Under the pieces are notes generated by a model, which worked only from the letters and a program-made list of their open reading frames with translations, searched no databases and was not told the origin of the DNA. Source: Chthoniobacteraceae bacterium (GTDB lineage: Bacteria; Verrucomicrobiota; Verrucomicrobiia; Chthoniobacterales; Chthoniobacteraceae). Taken from it: a DNA stretch of 64,000 nucleotides. Position 1 is the first letter of the stretch; each line of letters begins with the position of its first letter. The DNA lies in the NCBI GenBank assembly GCA_031409335.1, contig JANNWY010000057.1, positions 1 to 64,000 of the forward strand, given 5' to 3'. Below, piece by piece: positions 18,358 to 28,576 of this stretch. The position numbers and the translations under genes are program-made.

Positions 18358-18896
18358 AAACCATCCGCCACCTGCTCGCCGCCCTCGCGCTCCTGCTGCT
18401 GCCCGCCGCCGCGCAGAGCACCGATGCCGAGGCGTTCGCCTTTCTCCAAAAGCACGCGCCAAAAATCCACGCGGAGCTTGCCGCGCTGAAAGCCGCCGCG
18501 CCTGCCGACTACCGCGATGCGCTCGACGATGCGCGCAAAGCCGCTGCCGACTACGCGAAGCTCGAAGCCGCGCACGACCCCGCCGCCGCCGCCGCGTTTC
18601 TGAAAATGTATGCGATTGATTTCGAGGCCATCAGCGTCGCGGACGACATCGTCGCCAGCAAAGGCGCGACGGAAACGGAGCGTCTGACGAAGCAACTGCG
18701 CGGGCTGATCGAAGCAAGCTTTGAGCAATGGGCCATCGTCGAGCAGGCGCGCATCGCGCGACTGGAAAAAGAACTCGCCGCGCTCAAAACCGAGCACACC
18801 GCCGCCGTCGCCAATCGCGCCAAGGTCGTAGACGGAGACACGGCCAAGCTCATCGAAGAGAGTCGCGCCTTTCAGAAAACCAAACTCAACAAATGA
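18354..18896 (+). CDS. Hypothetical exported alpha-helical protein
   Basis: Signal peptide [21 protein letters not shown]; Ala/Lys/Glu-rich; ATGA-coupled on both sides. Confidence 0.75.
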   Translation: MKTIRHLLAALALLLLPAAAQSTDAEAFAFLQKHAPKIHAELAALKAAAPADYRDALDDARKAAADYAKLEAAHDPAAAAAFLKMYAIDFEAISVADDIVASKGATETERLTKQLRGLIEASFEQWAIVEQARIARLEKELAALKTEHTAAVANRAKVVDGDTAKLIEESRAFQKTKLNK

Positions 18897-20035
18897 CCGC
18901 CATGCACACCCGCCGCCAATTCATCGCCACGAGCACCGCCGCCGCGCTGGGCTTCACCACCACTCGCGCCGACGACGACGGCAGCGAAGACGAAACCGCC
19001 GCGGATCGCCCGGACTACACGAAGACCGGCGCGAAACTCATCACCGCCAGCACGCCACTCGCCGACGGTTTCCACATGCCCGGCGAGGAACTGAAGCACG
19101 AGGCGACGGTGATGGTTTTCCCGCAGGAACAAAACTGGGAGGACGAGGGCGTCGAGAGCGTGCGCGGCGAATGGGTGAAGACGGCGCACGCCATTCTCGC
19201 GCACGAGCCGGTGCGGATGGTGGTGCATCCGCGCGATGCGAAGGCAGCGCGCAAGGTGTTGAGCAAGGACATCGAACTTATCGAAATGCCCGTCAACGAC
19301 GGCTGGGCGCGCGACACCGCGCCGCTCTTTCTGCGGAATGAAAAAGGCGAGCGCCGCGCGACGGGATTCTTCTTCAATGGCTGGGGCGCGAAGTTCCCGC
19401 CATTCTCCGCCGACGCGCTGCTCAAGGCGCGGCTCTGCGCGAAATGGGGCGTGCCGTTTTACCCACTCGATGTCGTCTCCGAGGGCGGCGCGGTGCTCGT
19501 GGATGGCGACGGCACGCTCATCGTCACCGAGGAATGTCTGATGCACAAAAACCGCAATCCGAAACTCGACAAAGCAACCATCGAAGCGCGGATGCTCGCC
19601 GCTCTCGGCGCGAAAAAAGTCATCTGGCTGGGCCGCGGCCTCACGCCCGATCCCGTGACCGACGGCCATGTGGACGGCATGGCGGCCTTTGCCAAACCGG
19701 GCGTCGTGCTGCTGCACAGCATCGCCGATAAAGCGGACCCGAATTTCAAAATCCTCGCCGACGCCAAACGCCGTCTCGCCGAAGCGACGGATGCGCAAGG
19801 CCGGAAGCTCGAAGTGATAGACCTGCCGCTCGCCGACGAAGTAGGGCAGATGAATTTCTACCTTTGCAACGGTGCCGTCATCGTGCCCGTGAGCGGCAAC
19901 AGGAAGCAGGACGACAAACCGCTCGGCATCCTGCGCGAAGTTTTCGCCGGGCGAAAAATCGTCCCCGTGCCCGGCAACATCCTCGCGCGCGGCGGCGGCG
20001 GCGTGCATTGCATCACGCAGCAAATCCCCGCGTAG
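18893..20035 (+). CDS. Tat-exported agmatine deiminase family protein
   Basis: TRRQFI Tat motif; HMPGE, NDGWARDTAP, EGGAVLVDG, TDGHVDG, GGGGVHCITQQ. Confidence 0.9.
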   Translation: MTAMHTRRQFIATSTAAALGFTTTRADDDGSEDETAADRPDYTKTGAKLITASTPLADGFHMPGEELKHEATVMVFPQEQNWEDEGVESVRGEWVKTAHAILAHEPVRMVVHPRDAKAARKVLSKDIELIEMPVNDGWARDTAPLFLRNEKGERRATGFFFNGWGAKFPPFSADALLKARLCAKWGVPFYPLDVVSEGGAVLVDGDGTLIVTEECLMHKNRNPKLDKATIEARMLAALGAKKVIWLGRGLTPDPVTDGHVDGMAAFAKPGVVLLHSIADKADPNFKILADAKRRLAEATDAQGRKLEVIDLPLADEVGQMNFYLCNGAVIVPVSGNRKQDDKPLGILREVFAGRKIVPVPGNILARGGGGVHCITQQIPA

Positions 20036-20059
20036 CGCCGTCCAGTCATGGTTTGATTT

Positions 20060-21166
20060 TCAGTCGAGCTTCCCCAACTCGCCGCACAGCGCGAGGGCGC
20101 GGAGGGCCTGCGCGGTGCTGATGTAGGTGATGTAGTGATAGGTGTCGCGGTAGAGCGACTTCATCCACCAGCGGCCACTCACGCGCTGGCCCGTTTTCAG
20201 CCACGCCACGCCCTTTTGAATGCGCTCGTCGCTCGCGGGCACGCCGTTTTCGCGCAGCAGGACGATGGCGAAGGCCGTCATATAGGCATCGCTCGCCGGG
20301 CTGGCGGCGTCGGGTTCGCTCTCCAGCATCGCGATGGTTTTTGCGTCCACCGCTTCGTGCCATTTCAAAATGGGCGACATGCGCCGTGTGGACCAGCCGC
20401 CGTCCGGCTGCTGCAAGCGCCAGAGCATCGCGGTCGCCGCGTCGCGCACATTCTGCGGCACGAGTTCGGGGAAAAGCGCGGCTAGTTGGAGTTTCAGCGC
20501 GAGTTCAAATTCATTCACCGGCTCGTGCTCGCGAAGGAATTGTTTCATCCGCTCGATGCGTGCAAGCGTGTCGGCGTCCTTGAGATTCGCCAGCCAGCCC
20601 GGCGCACTGACGACAGCGCGCGCGGCCTGCACGGTCAGCTCGAAGTCGGTGGTGATGTAGGGGATTTCCACCTCCTTGTAGGTTTTGAAAAAACCCTCCG
20701 CCGTGAGCAGCGTCATCGTGCGTTGCAGCGAGCGCGCAGTCGGCTCGCTGAGCGTGCCGGTGACGTGCTTGTCCCACGACGCGAGACCGCCGCTGCGCCA
20801 CACGGAGCCGATGGCGGCACCGTCCGACTTGGCCGTCGCCTCGGGCACGACCTCGACGAAATCGGCGCGCACTTCATCGCTGGGTTTGCCGAGGAATTTC
20901 GTCAGCGCCGACCGCTCGACCATATAGACGCCCGTGCTGTGGCAGGCTATGCACGACTTCTCCCGCACCCAATGGTGCGCGCCATCATCAAGATACTTCG
21001 CCGCCGCGCGAATTGAGTCCGCGCCGAACGCATTCACCTTCGGCTCATCGGCAGTCGCCGCAGAGATTTCGATGCCCTCGGACTTGTATTGAAACTTGGG
21101 CTTGTCCGCCACCGCCAGCGTGGAGAGCAGGAGAAAAAAGGCGGAACAGATTCGTCGTGTGTGCAT
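20060..21166 (-). CDS. Secreted squalene-hopene cyclase / prenyltransferase-repeat family protein (single domain)
   Basis: Signal peptide; QW-like repeats LQQPDGGW and LKTGQRVSGRW; SDAYMTAF; CIACH motif. Confidence 0.75.
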   Translation of the reverse strand: MHTRRICSAFFLLLSTLAVADKPKFQYKSEGIEISAATADEPKVNAFGADSIRAAAKYLDDGAHHWVREKSCIACHSTGVYMVERSALTKFLGKPSDEVRADFVEVVPEATAKSDGAAIGSVWRSGGLASWDKHVTGTLSEPTARSLQRTMTLLTAEGFFKTYKEVEIPYITTDFELTVQAARAVVSAPGWLANLKDADTLARIERMKQFLREHEPVNEFELALKLQLAALFPELVPQNVRDAATAMLWRLQQPDGGWSTRRMSPILKWHEAVDAKTIAMLESEPDAASPASDAYMTAFAIVLLRENGVPASDERIQKGVAWLKTGQRVSGRWWMKSLYRDTYHYITYISTAQALRALALCGELGKLD

Positions 21167-21210
21167 CGTTGATTGATTGAGCAGTAGTTACCCCGGCACC
21201 TGTCTAACAG
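21070..21210. repeat. Direct repeat copy A (~140 bp; 5' end and upstream region of the 20060-21166 gene)
   Basis: Matches 25176-25316, e.g. gatgccctcggacttgtattgaaacttgggctt and ggagagcaggagaaaaaaggcggaacagattcg. Confidence 0.9.
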
Positions 21211-21447
21211 TAGATTTTCTCGGCAACTGCGGAATACCCAATCCATTGGTGGCCATGACAGGATGCTGTGTTCATTTTGGCTCCGTTGGTTTCAAGGTCT
21301 ATGCTTGCAGCCTTTTCCCCCGCTGCGACGCGATAAAGCAGCAAGCCAAGCACTGCGCGGAAGGCGAAGCGTATTAGGAAAGAGACTGTTTTGATGGTGA
21401 AATGAGTTGGACGCTTATTTCGCCATAGTGGCGGTGAGTTCGCCTTA

Positions 21448-22728
21448 TTATCCCCACAGCCTCAGCAGCCGTTCTTTTTCTGGAATCACGAAGGGAAACT
21501 TCCTGCTGTAAGCATGGTCCGCGATACCGGCAAACTCTCTCAGTGCAGTGTGGATGTGCTCGGGGCGCACGCGGATGCCTTCCGCTTTGTCGCAGGCGAG
21601 GGTTTGGGGATTGAGGGGGACGTGAAGTTGCTGCGCGTCGGTGGCACCGATGACCCGGTTGCCCTTGATGCCCGGTCCCATGAACATGATGGAACCCACG
21701 GACCAGTGGTCTTTGCCGTCTTGCTTGTTGAAGGTCGGGGTGCGGCCCATCTCGCTCTGCACGATGATGACGAGCTTGTCGCGGAGTTTGAGTTCCTCGG
21801 CCCGCCGCACGCAGTAGGCGATGCCTGCGAGCAGTTCGGGAATGAGCCGCATTTGGTCTTGGTCGTTTTTCGCATGGCTGTCGAAGGTGCCCAGCGTGAG
21901 ATTGGCGGACACGCCGACGCCAGCTTTGAAGGAGGCGAGGGCGATATCGACGCAGCGGGATAACTGCTCCTTGGGTAGCGTGGCGGGAATCCAAGGGACG
22001 ACGCGGCGCAGTGATTTGGAATTGAGTTGTCCCGCGTAGAGCATGCTATGGGCTCGTTCGAGGCGTGGCAGTAGTTGCGCAGCTTTTCGCGAGGCGGCTT
22101 GTTCCTGCAGGGTGCGCTCGATGTTATCGACGACAAAATCGTCGTGATAGGGCGTGGTCTTTTCTCCATTTATAAAGTCGGCGTTGGCCAGTCTCTGGAG
22201 TGAGGTGGCATACGGCACTCGCGCCATGGGGATGAGATTTCCGGTGTTGGAGTAGCCGCCGAAGGTTAGAAATCCGAGCGGACATTGCGGGCCCCGGCAC
22301 GCGGCGACGAGTGCGGCAAAGGTCGGGTAGGCAAGGCTGTCCAGCTTTCCGGTGGCCATGTAGCGGGAGCCGGGCTCGTGATTGTTCACCGAGTAGTCGA
22401 GCCCGTTTAGCACGAGCAAATCCCCGCCATATTCCTTGAAGAAATCCTCATTGCTCATCCCGGTGGAAATGTGTTTTGCCGTCGGTGCGAACTTGTGCGC
22501 GCCATGAGTTAGGATGTCGCCCTCTTTGTAAAGACGGTTGATTTCACCGATGCCTTTCGGGTCCATGAGGCTCGTGGTGTCCCAGCCTCCTTGCGCGTTG
22601 AACACGATGTAGAATGGCCCATCGTAAGGCGCGTCGTCGCTGGCGGCGGCAAGCAGGGTGGTGAGTCCGCCGGGGCAGGTGAGGCCGAGTCCAGCCAGGC
22701 CGCAGAGTTTGATGAAATCACGTCTCAT
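21448..22728 (-). CDS. DUF1501 family Tat-exported protein
   Basis: MRRDFIKL Tat motif; GGWDTTSLMDPK, FDSH, SEMGRTP, GKDHW, GIKGNRVIGATD. Confidence 0.85.
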   Translation of the reverse strand: MRRDFIKLCGLAGLGLTCPGGLTTLLAAASDDAPYDGPFYIVFNAQGGWDTTSLMDPKGIGEINRLYKEGDILTHGAHKFAPTAKHISTGMSNEDFFKEYGGDLLVLNGLDYSVNNHEPGSRYMATGKLDSLAYPTFAALVAACRGPQCPLGFLTFGGYSNTGNLIPMARVPYATSLQRLANADFINGEKTTPYHDDFVVDNIERTLQEQAASRKAAQLLPRLERAHSMLYAGQLNSKSLRRVVPWIPATLPKEQLSRCVDIALASFKAGVGVSANLTLGTFDSHAKNDQDQMRLIPELLAGIAYCVRRAEELKLRDKLVIIVQSEMGRTPTFNKQDGKDHWSVGSIMFMGPGIKGNRVIGATDAQQLHVPLNPQTLACDKAEGIRVRPEHIHTALREFAGIADHAYSRKFPFVIPEKERLLRLWG

Positions 22729-22734
22729 GGTTGG

Positions 22735-25119
22735 TTATTCGTAGAGGAATTCTTGCTGGCGGAGGAGATAGGTGAGGACGCCACACCATGCGCGGATGGT
22801 GTAGTGCGGGTCGGGGACGGCAGCCGACGTGCTGCGGTCCTCGTTGCTCAGGCCTTTGCGCCCGGCGGCTTCGCTGACGATGCTGGCGAGTAGCTGGAAG
22901 GAGCGCGTCACTTCCGCTGCATCCGGCGTGTCGGTGCGCCCGAGCACTTGCTGATGCAAATGCACAATGGCCTGCCGGATCTTCGCATCGGATTCCGCAG
23001 AGCTGCCGGGAATCACGTCGGGCTCGATGTCTCGGAAGAGACGGCGTTTCGTCGCCTCGCGGCTGAAATCCAGCGCCGTCTCGCGACGCGCCACGTCATT
23101 GGCCAGGATGCGTTGAATGGCTCCCATAGCTCCGCTGGGGTCGGTGGCACGCTCCGTCACTTCCCTGGAATCGATCCCGCCATAGAGTATCGCCAACTGT
23201 TTCTCCAGCTTGCCCCAGGGCTTTCCAAAGATGGCCGCCACCTTGCGTTCGAGCTGCTCTGGCGAGAGCAAATGAACCACGCCCACATCGTCCAGCTCAT
23301 CGCGGCGCGCGGGATTTTCCGCCGCCGTCGCCAGCCCATCCGCACGATAAAAAGCGGACATCACCCAGTCTTTCACCACGCTTTTCAAATTAAATCCTGT
23401 CTGCGAAAAGCGCACCGCCATCGCCTCGATCTGCTGCCGCTGCTCCCGATAGGCACGGCGTTTGGCCGTGTAGTTCGGGTCTTCAAAATCCTTTGGCGGC
23501 AGCAGCACCTTTCTGCCTGTGAGCAGGTAGTGGACGTGCTCGACCATGGCCACCGCAAAGCGCGGATCCTTCGCGGTGCGTTCACCCAGCCATTGCAGCG
23601 CCCGCCAGCGCTCGGCGGCAGGCAGGTCCTCGCCCTCGAAGCCTGCGGCAAACATATCCGTGAACCAGCCTTCCTTCCGCCGGCCATAGATTTGATCGAA
23701 CCTCCAATAGTCCTGAAACAAGCCCGCGACAGGGTCCAGCGTCTTGTGGCAAACCACGCACTCCGCTGCCTGCATCGTCGGGTTCGTGTATTTTGCAGAG
23801 ACCGCCGCCGCATCCGTCACCCGAGCCGCAAGGTCCAGAACATCCACGCCGAGAAAGTGCTTGAAATACACGCGGGCTCGCAGCCGATTGCGATTCGTCT
23901 CCGTCGTGGGATAACGTCGCAAATACATGAAATGACTTAACAGACCGGCGTGCGGATAGAAGCCGGTGACCGAATCCTGCGTGCCTTCTTTCGTAGAGCC
24001 GACCAGTGCCTTGAGCTGAACCGGGATATATTCAAACGGGTCCTCCGGGTTCTTGAATTGCGGCTTCACCTCCTCGTAAACGCCGTAGGCACGGGCGGTG
24101 AGCGGCGTCACCACTATGTAGTCCGCAGTCACAATTTCCGTGAAAGGCCGGTCGTTCCGCACGATGTGCTCAATAAGTCTCATCGGCTCGTGCAACATTC
24201 CCTTGTGGTGTTTCTCGGTTAATTCGCGGCGCGCCTGATCCTCCGCCTTCTTGTCCGGGAACTTGCCCAAGTCGTGTTTTTGATACCACAACCGTGTCTT
24301 ATGAAAATGCTCATAAGTAAGGGCACTCGCAGTCACCGCATCCGTTTCGTCGATGCCGCTCGTCAGGAAAATATCCTCAAACCCCTCGCGCAGCCGATGG
24401 TAGAAAGCGTCCTCTTTCATCGCCGCATCCAGCAGCGACGGCATCGCCTTCAATCCCTGACTCGTCACCCCCGCAACGTCAGCCTCCGTCGGCAGCCGGC
24501 CCGCCAGCGACAGCGTCACCCGCCGCAGCAGCCTCTGGTCGTCCTCCATCGCGATACCAACAAAGAATGGCCGCCCATTTTCCCCTCCCTCAGATGCATC
24601 CGCCAGCGACTCCGGCCCATGCACGCGACGGACAAATTCCGCCAGCACCCGATACCCCGCCGAGTCGGGCTTGAGCACCTCTTTGCCGCCATGCTTGAGC
24701 TTTCCGGTCACCTTCATCAGCATCCTCGGCTGGTCGCCCTCCATCAGCCGCGCCATCTGGATGAACTCGTCGCGATTATGCCGCATGTCCTCCGCCTGCG
24801 CAGCTCCCAGACTGCGTTGCGGGTCGCGCAGCAGAAAGTCGCTGTCCTCCGCATCCCCACCCGTCTTGTGGCATTTCAGGCAGCTAGCCGCACCCACTCG
24901 CACCCAAACATCCTCCGCAAAAAATCCCGCCCCGGCAGCCGCACCGCTCGCACCAGTGGCATGGTTGTCGGCGGACTTTTTTCCGGCGTCAGTCAAGATA
25001 CTCGCGAACTCAGCCCGCCCCTCGGCCCAAGCGCTCACGCTCAAAGCCAGCCCAACGGCAATCAGCAAGATGACTACAGCTCCCGGGTTGAAGGAGCGTC
25101 GTTTTGTGATCGTCGTCAT
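22735..25119 (-). CDS. Exported CxxCH (cytochrome c-like) protein of the DUF1549/1553/1588-type families that accompany DUF1501
   Basis: Signal peptide; CLKCH and CVVCH; RLLRRVTLSLAGRLPT; HAGLLS...NRLRAR; LLSPEQL; FLYE terminus. Start placed at MTTITKRR. Confidence 0.75.
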   Translation of the reverse strand: MTTITKRRSFNPGAVVILLIAVGLALSVSAWAEGRAEFASILTDAGKKSADNHATGASGAAAGAGFFAEDVWVRVGAASCLKCHKTGGDAEDSDFLLRDPQRSLGAAQAEDMRHNRDEFIQMARLMEGDQPRMLMKVTGKLKHGGKEVLKPDSAGYRVLAEFVRRVHGPESLADASEGGENGRPFFVGIAMEDDQRLLRRVTLSLAGRLPTEADVAGVTSQGLKAMPSLLDAAMKEDAFYHRLREGFEDIFLTSGIDETDAVTASALTYEHFHKTRLWYQKHDLGKFPDKKAEDQARRELTEKHHKGMLHEPMRLIEHIVRNDRPFTEIVTADYIVVTPLTARAYGVYEEVKPQFKNPEDPFEYIPVQLKALVGSTKEGTQDSVTGFYPHAGLLSHFMYLRRYPTTETNRNRLRARVYFKHFLGVDVLDLAARVTDAAAVSAKYTNPTMQAAECVVCHKTLDPVAGLFQDYWRFDQIYGRRKEGWFTDMFAAGFEGEDLPAAERWRALQWLGERTAKDPRFAVAMVEHVHYLLTGRKVLLPPKDFEDPNYTAKRRAYREQRQQIEAMAVRFSQTGFNLKSVVKDWVMSAFYRADGLATAAENPARRDELDDVGVVHLLSPEQLERKVAAIFGKPWGKLEKQLAILYGGIDSREVTERATDPSGAMGAIQRILANDVARRETALDFSREATKRRLFRDIEPDVIPGSSAESDAKIRQAIVHLHQQVLGRTDTPDAAEVTRSFQLLASIVSEAAGRKGLSNEDRSTSAAVPDPHYTIRAWCGVLTYLLRQQEFLYE

Positions 25120-25175
25120 ACAGGGGTAAAAAGTCCGCGTCGCCGGAATCATTAGGCAGTTGCAGCAGGCACCTC

Positions 25176-25316
25176 GATGCCCTCGGACTTGTATTGAAAC
25201 TTGGGCTTCTCCGCCACCGCCACTGCGGAGAGCAGGAGAAAAAAGGCGGAACAGATTCGGGGGGGTGTGCATGGTCGATGGGTTGTCCAGTAGTTAACCT
25301 GACACGGAGCAAACAG
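25176..25316 (-). pseudogene. Direct repeat copy B: truncated, frameshifted duplicate of the 5' end of the 20060-21166 gene
   Basis: MHTPP... start followed by the frameshifted signal peptide and KPKFQYKSEGIE; homology stops at ~25176. Confidence 0.85.
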
Positions 25317-25380
25317 CGGAATTCTTTTTGGTGTTTAAGTCACGACGCCCGGAGTGATACTCGCGACTGGTTTTTAATAT

Positions 25381-26877
25381 ATGAACCGACTGCTTGCCAT
25401 CGCGCTCATCCTCATGCTCGCCAGCGCGCGGGCCGCGGAGACGCGCCTGCCGAATATCGTCATCATCCTCGCCGACGACCTCGGCTACGGCGACCTCGGC
25501 TGCTACAACGCGGCGTCGAAAATCCCCACGCCGCACCTCGACCAACTCGCGCGGGAAGGCGTGCGCTTTACCGACGCACATTCGCCGTCCGCGGTCTGCA
25601 CACCCACCCGCTACGGATTGCTGACCGGGCGCTACCCGTGGCGCTCGCGGCTGAAGCGCGGAGTGCTGGCACCATGGGGCGCGGCGCTCATCGAAAAAGA
25701 CCGCCTCACGCTCCCCTCGATGCTGCGCGCAAAAGGCTACGCCACCGCCGCCATCGGCAAATGGCACCTCGGCATGACGTGGCCCACGACGGACGGCAAA
25801 CCGCCTGCCAGCAGGGAGAATCCGCTCAGCAATGTCGATTTCACGCGGCCCATCACGGAGGGGCCGACGACCCGTGGCTTTGACACTTACTTTGGCACCG
25901 ACGTGCCGAACTACTCGCCGTTTTGCTTTATCGAAAATGATCGCACCCTCGGCGTCCCCACCGACCTCTCAAACGTCGAAGACTTCAACATCCGCGGCCC
26001 GGCGCTGCCCGGGTGGCGCTCGGTAAACATCCTCCCCGAACTCACCCGCCGCGCCGTGATTTCCGTCGAACAAGCCGCCCAGCAAAAGCGCCCGTTCTTT
26101 CTCTACTTCGCGCTCACCTCGCCGCACTATCCGGTCGCGCCCGCGCCCGAGTTCATCGGCAAGAGCGGCGCGGGAGCATACGGCGATTTCGTCGTGCAGA
26201 CCGATTGGGTCGCCGGGCAAATCACCGATGCCTTGAAGCGCACCGGTGCAGTCGAAAACACGCTGATTATTTTCACCAGCGACAACGGACCGGAGATCGA
26301 CGGCGAGGTCAGCATCGGTGCATTCGCCCGGCTTCAAAAATTCGACCACGCCAGCATGGGAGCGCTGCGCGGCGTGAAGCGCGACGCATGGGAAGGCGGG
26401 CATCGCGTCCCGTTCATCGCCCGCTGGCCGGGCCGCGTTCCGTCGGGGAAAGTGAGCGACCAATTCCTCATCCTCACCGACCTCATGGCCACCTGCGCCG
26501 CCATCACCGGCAGTCCGCTCCCGGCCGACGCGGCGGAAGACAGCGTCAATATTCTGCCCGCGCTGCTCGGCGACAAAATCGAGCGCGAGGCTGGCGTGAC
26601 CGTCGGCATCAGCGGCAAACCCGCGCTCCGTCAGGGCGATTGGGTTTTGATCGCAGCGCCCACCGGTCGCGAAAACCCGGAGCCGCGCGGTGAGCCCGAT
26701 TGGTTCCGCGAGCAGCGCGGCTACACACCGCACGACAGCGCACACGAACTCTTCAATCTCCGCGAAGACCCCACGCAGCAAACCAACCGCGCAGCCGCCG
26801 AGCCCGACCGCGTCGCAGCCATGCTCGCCCTTTTGCAAAAGTACCAGACCGAAAGCCGCAGCGTCCCGGCACGGTAG
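25381..26877 (+). CDS. Arylsulfatase (S1 family)
   Basis: PNIVIILADDLGYGD, CTPTR, GKWHLG, FTSDNG, WEGGHRVPFI. Confidence 0.95.
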   Translation: MNRLLAIALILMLASARAAETRLPNIVIILADDLGYGDLGCYNAASKIPTPHLDQLAREGVRFTDAHSPSAVCTPTRYGLLTGRYPWRSRLKRGVLAPWGAALIEKDRLTLPSMLRAKGYATAAIGKWHLGMTWPTTDGKPPASRENPLSNVDFTRPITEGPTTRGFDTYFGTDVPNYSPFCFIENDRTLGVPTDLSNVEDFNIRGPALPGWRSVNILPELTRRAVISVEQAAQQKRPFFLYFALTSPHYPVAPAPEFIGKSGAGAYGDFVVQTDWVAGQITDALKRTGAVENTLIIFTSDNGPEIDGEVSIGAFARLQKFDHASMGALRGVKRDAWEGGHRVPFIARWPGRVPSGKVSDQFLILTDLMATCAAITGSPLPADAAEDSVNILPALLGDKIEREAGVTVGISGKPALRQGDWVLIAAPTGRENPEPRGEPDWFREQRGYTPHDSAHELFNLREDPTQQTNRAAAEPDRVAAMLALLQKYQTESRSVPAR

Positions 26878-26929
26878 CCGCCGGATGCCGGGGCGACGGC
26901 AAACAGATTGTGCCAGCAACCACCGCACC

Positions 26930-28177
26930 ATGAACCACCCATCACTCCTCACCCGCCGCCAATGGCTCGCGACCACGGCAGGCGGCCTCATTTTCTCCAG
27001 CACGCTCGACCTCGCCGCCGCGCTTTCCGACGTGGCGGAGACGGAGCATTTCTTCTACCGCCTCGCGCCCGACGGGCCTTACGTGGACTCGCAGCGCGGG
27101 CACAAAGCGTTCGGATTTCGCGAAGGGAAAATCTTTCTCTCCGAGGACAACGGCAAGACGTGGCCGCATCGCGCGGAGTTCGCCGACGCGGAGAACATCA
27201 CGTTTAGCTGCCTGCTGAAAAACGGGAACGTCCTCTTCGCCACACGCGAGAAACTTTTCCTCAGCACGGACAATCTCAAGACGCACCGCGCCATCACCGT
27301 GAAGGACCGCGAGGGGCGCGACTACCTCCCGCACACCCCGGTGAACCCTGCGGAACCCGGCTGGTATTTTCATCCGCTCGACGGCGAGCATACGTGGGAC
27401 GTGAACGGCGCGGAGATGCTCGTGTGGGGGAACTATTGCAACGTCATCGGCGGTGCCGTGCCGGTGAATATCTACTACTCCACCGACAGCGGCGAGACGG
27501 TGAAGCTCGCGTATTCCTTCGGGCAAAATCCCGACTTTCAGCAAACGGGAACCGCCGCGCTTTTGGGCGATGCGAAAAATTCGCTCATCTGCCGCCACAT
27601 CCACAGCGTCGCCTACAACCCCGCTGAGAACGCCTTCTATGCCTGCACCGGCGACCTCGACCGCGGCCAAGGCCCCGAGTGCCACTGGCTGCGCGGCACC
27701 TACGACGCAAAGGCCGATGCGTGGCAGTGGAAAGTCCTCATCTCCGTGAACTCCGACTCGCGCCACAAATCCGGCGGCATCAATTTCGTGGATGGAAAAG
27801 TCTATTGGGCCAGCGACGCCAACGGCCCGAAGCGCCGCGAAAAACACGACCGCGGAATCTTCACCTGCGCCCCGGCGGACATCGTAAATCCCGCCGCGCA
27901 CACGCTGCTCTTCAACCCGGAATACGAGTGCGCCAACATGATCATCCAGGACAGCGTCATCCTCGCCGCGCACTATGCGCCGGCGTCGCCCTACGTCACC
28001 GGTTTCATCTACTCTCCCGACATGGGTAAGACGTGGGCGCAATACGACCTCAAAGGCTTCGGCCCGCGCTCCGGCACGCGCTTTCACAAAAAGAATGGCG
28101 ACGGCTGGTTCCGCGTGGATTTACGAAAGGGGTGGATCGACCGCGGCGAGGTGCTGTTCATCAAGCCGAAGCTGTAG
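26930..28177 (+). CDS. Tat-exported BNR/Asp-box beta-propeller protein (sialidase-like fold)
   Basis: TRRQWL Tat motif; Asp-boxes SEDNGKTW, STDSGET and SPDMGKTW. Confidence 0.75.
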   Translation: MNHPSLLTRRQWLATTAGGLIFSSTLDLAAALSDVAETEHFFYRLAPDGPYVDSQRGHKAFGFREGKIFLSEDNGKTWPHRAEFADAENITFSCLLKNGNVLFATREKLFLSTDNLKTHRAITVKDREGRDYLPHTPVNPAEPGWYFHPLDGEHTWDVNGAEMLVWGNYCNVIGGAVPVNIYYSTDSGETVKLAYSFGQNPDFQQTGTAALLGDAKNSLICRHIHSVAYNPAENAFYACTGDLDRGQGPECHWLRGTYDAKADAWQWKVLISVNSDSRHKSGGINFVDGKVYWASDANGPKRREKHDRGIFTCAPADIVNPAAHTLLFNPEYECANMIIQDSVILAAHYAPASPYVTGFIYSPDMGKTWAQYDLKGFGPRSGTRFHKKNGDGWFRVDLRKGWIDRGEVLFIKPKL

Positions 28178-28309
28178 CGGTTGGAGTTTACCTGCTCAAT
28201 TCATTGAGCATCTTCACCGCCGAGTCGGTGGCCGGCGCGGTCGGAGAGGTAGCCGATCCAGTCGTTCGCGTAAGAGCATTTTGCGTATTTTGCCTGTCCC
28301 TCCATCTTT

Positions 28310-28569
28310 CGCTGAAGCACTTCCTCACGGACCGCAGGCGCAACGAAGGACGCGAAAAGCGCGGCGGTGACGCAGGGCTCGAAGCGCTCGACGCCCCAGC
28401 CAGCGAAGATTCGCCCGGCATTCAAATTGCCGATCCATCCGCCGCGTTTCCTGACAAACTTTTCGACCGCGAGTGGGCGCACGCGATCATGGACCGCAGC
28501 CTCGCCGCAGTGCCATCCGCAGAAGACATCGCGGGAGAGCTACGCCATCTCGTCGGGGTGTTGAGCTGA
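28310..28569 (+). pseudogene. ECF sigma factor remnant
   Basis: LKHFLTD...EKRGG...PDKLFDREWA...ELRHLVGVL resembles PVC-type ECFs; the N-terminus and region 4 are missing. Confidence 0.65.
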
Positions 28570-28576
28570 CGCTCCC

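Noticed and set aside
20060..21166. True squalene-hopene cyclase forming a hopanoid cluster with hpnO
   Set aside because: Too short, exported, lacks DxDD, and lies 33 kb from hpnO.
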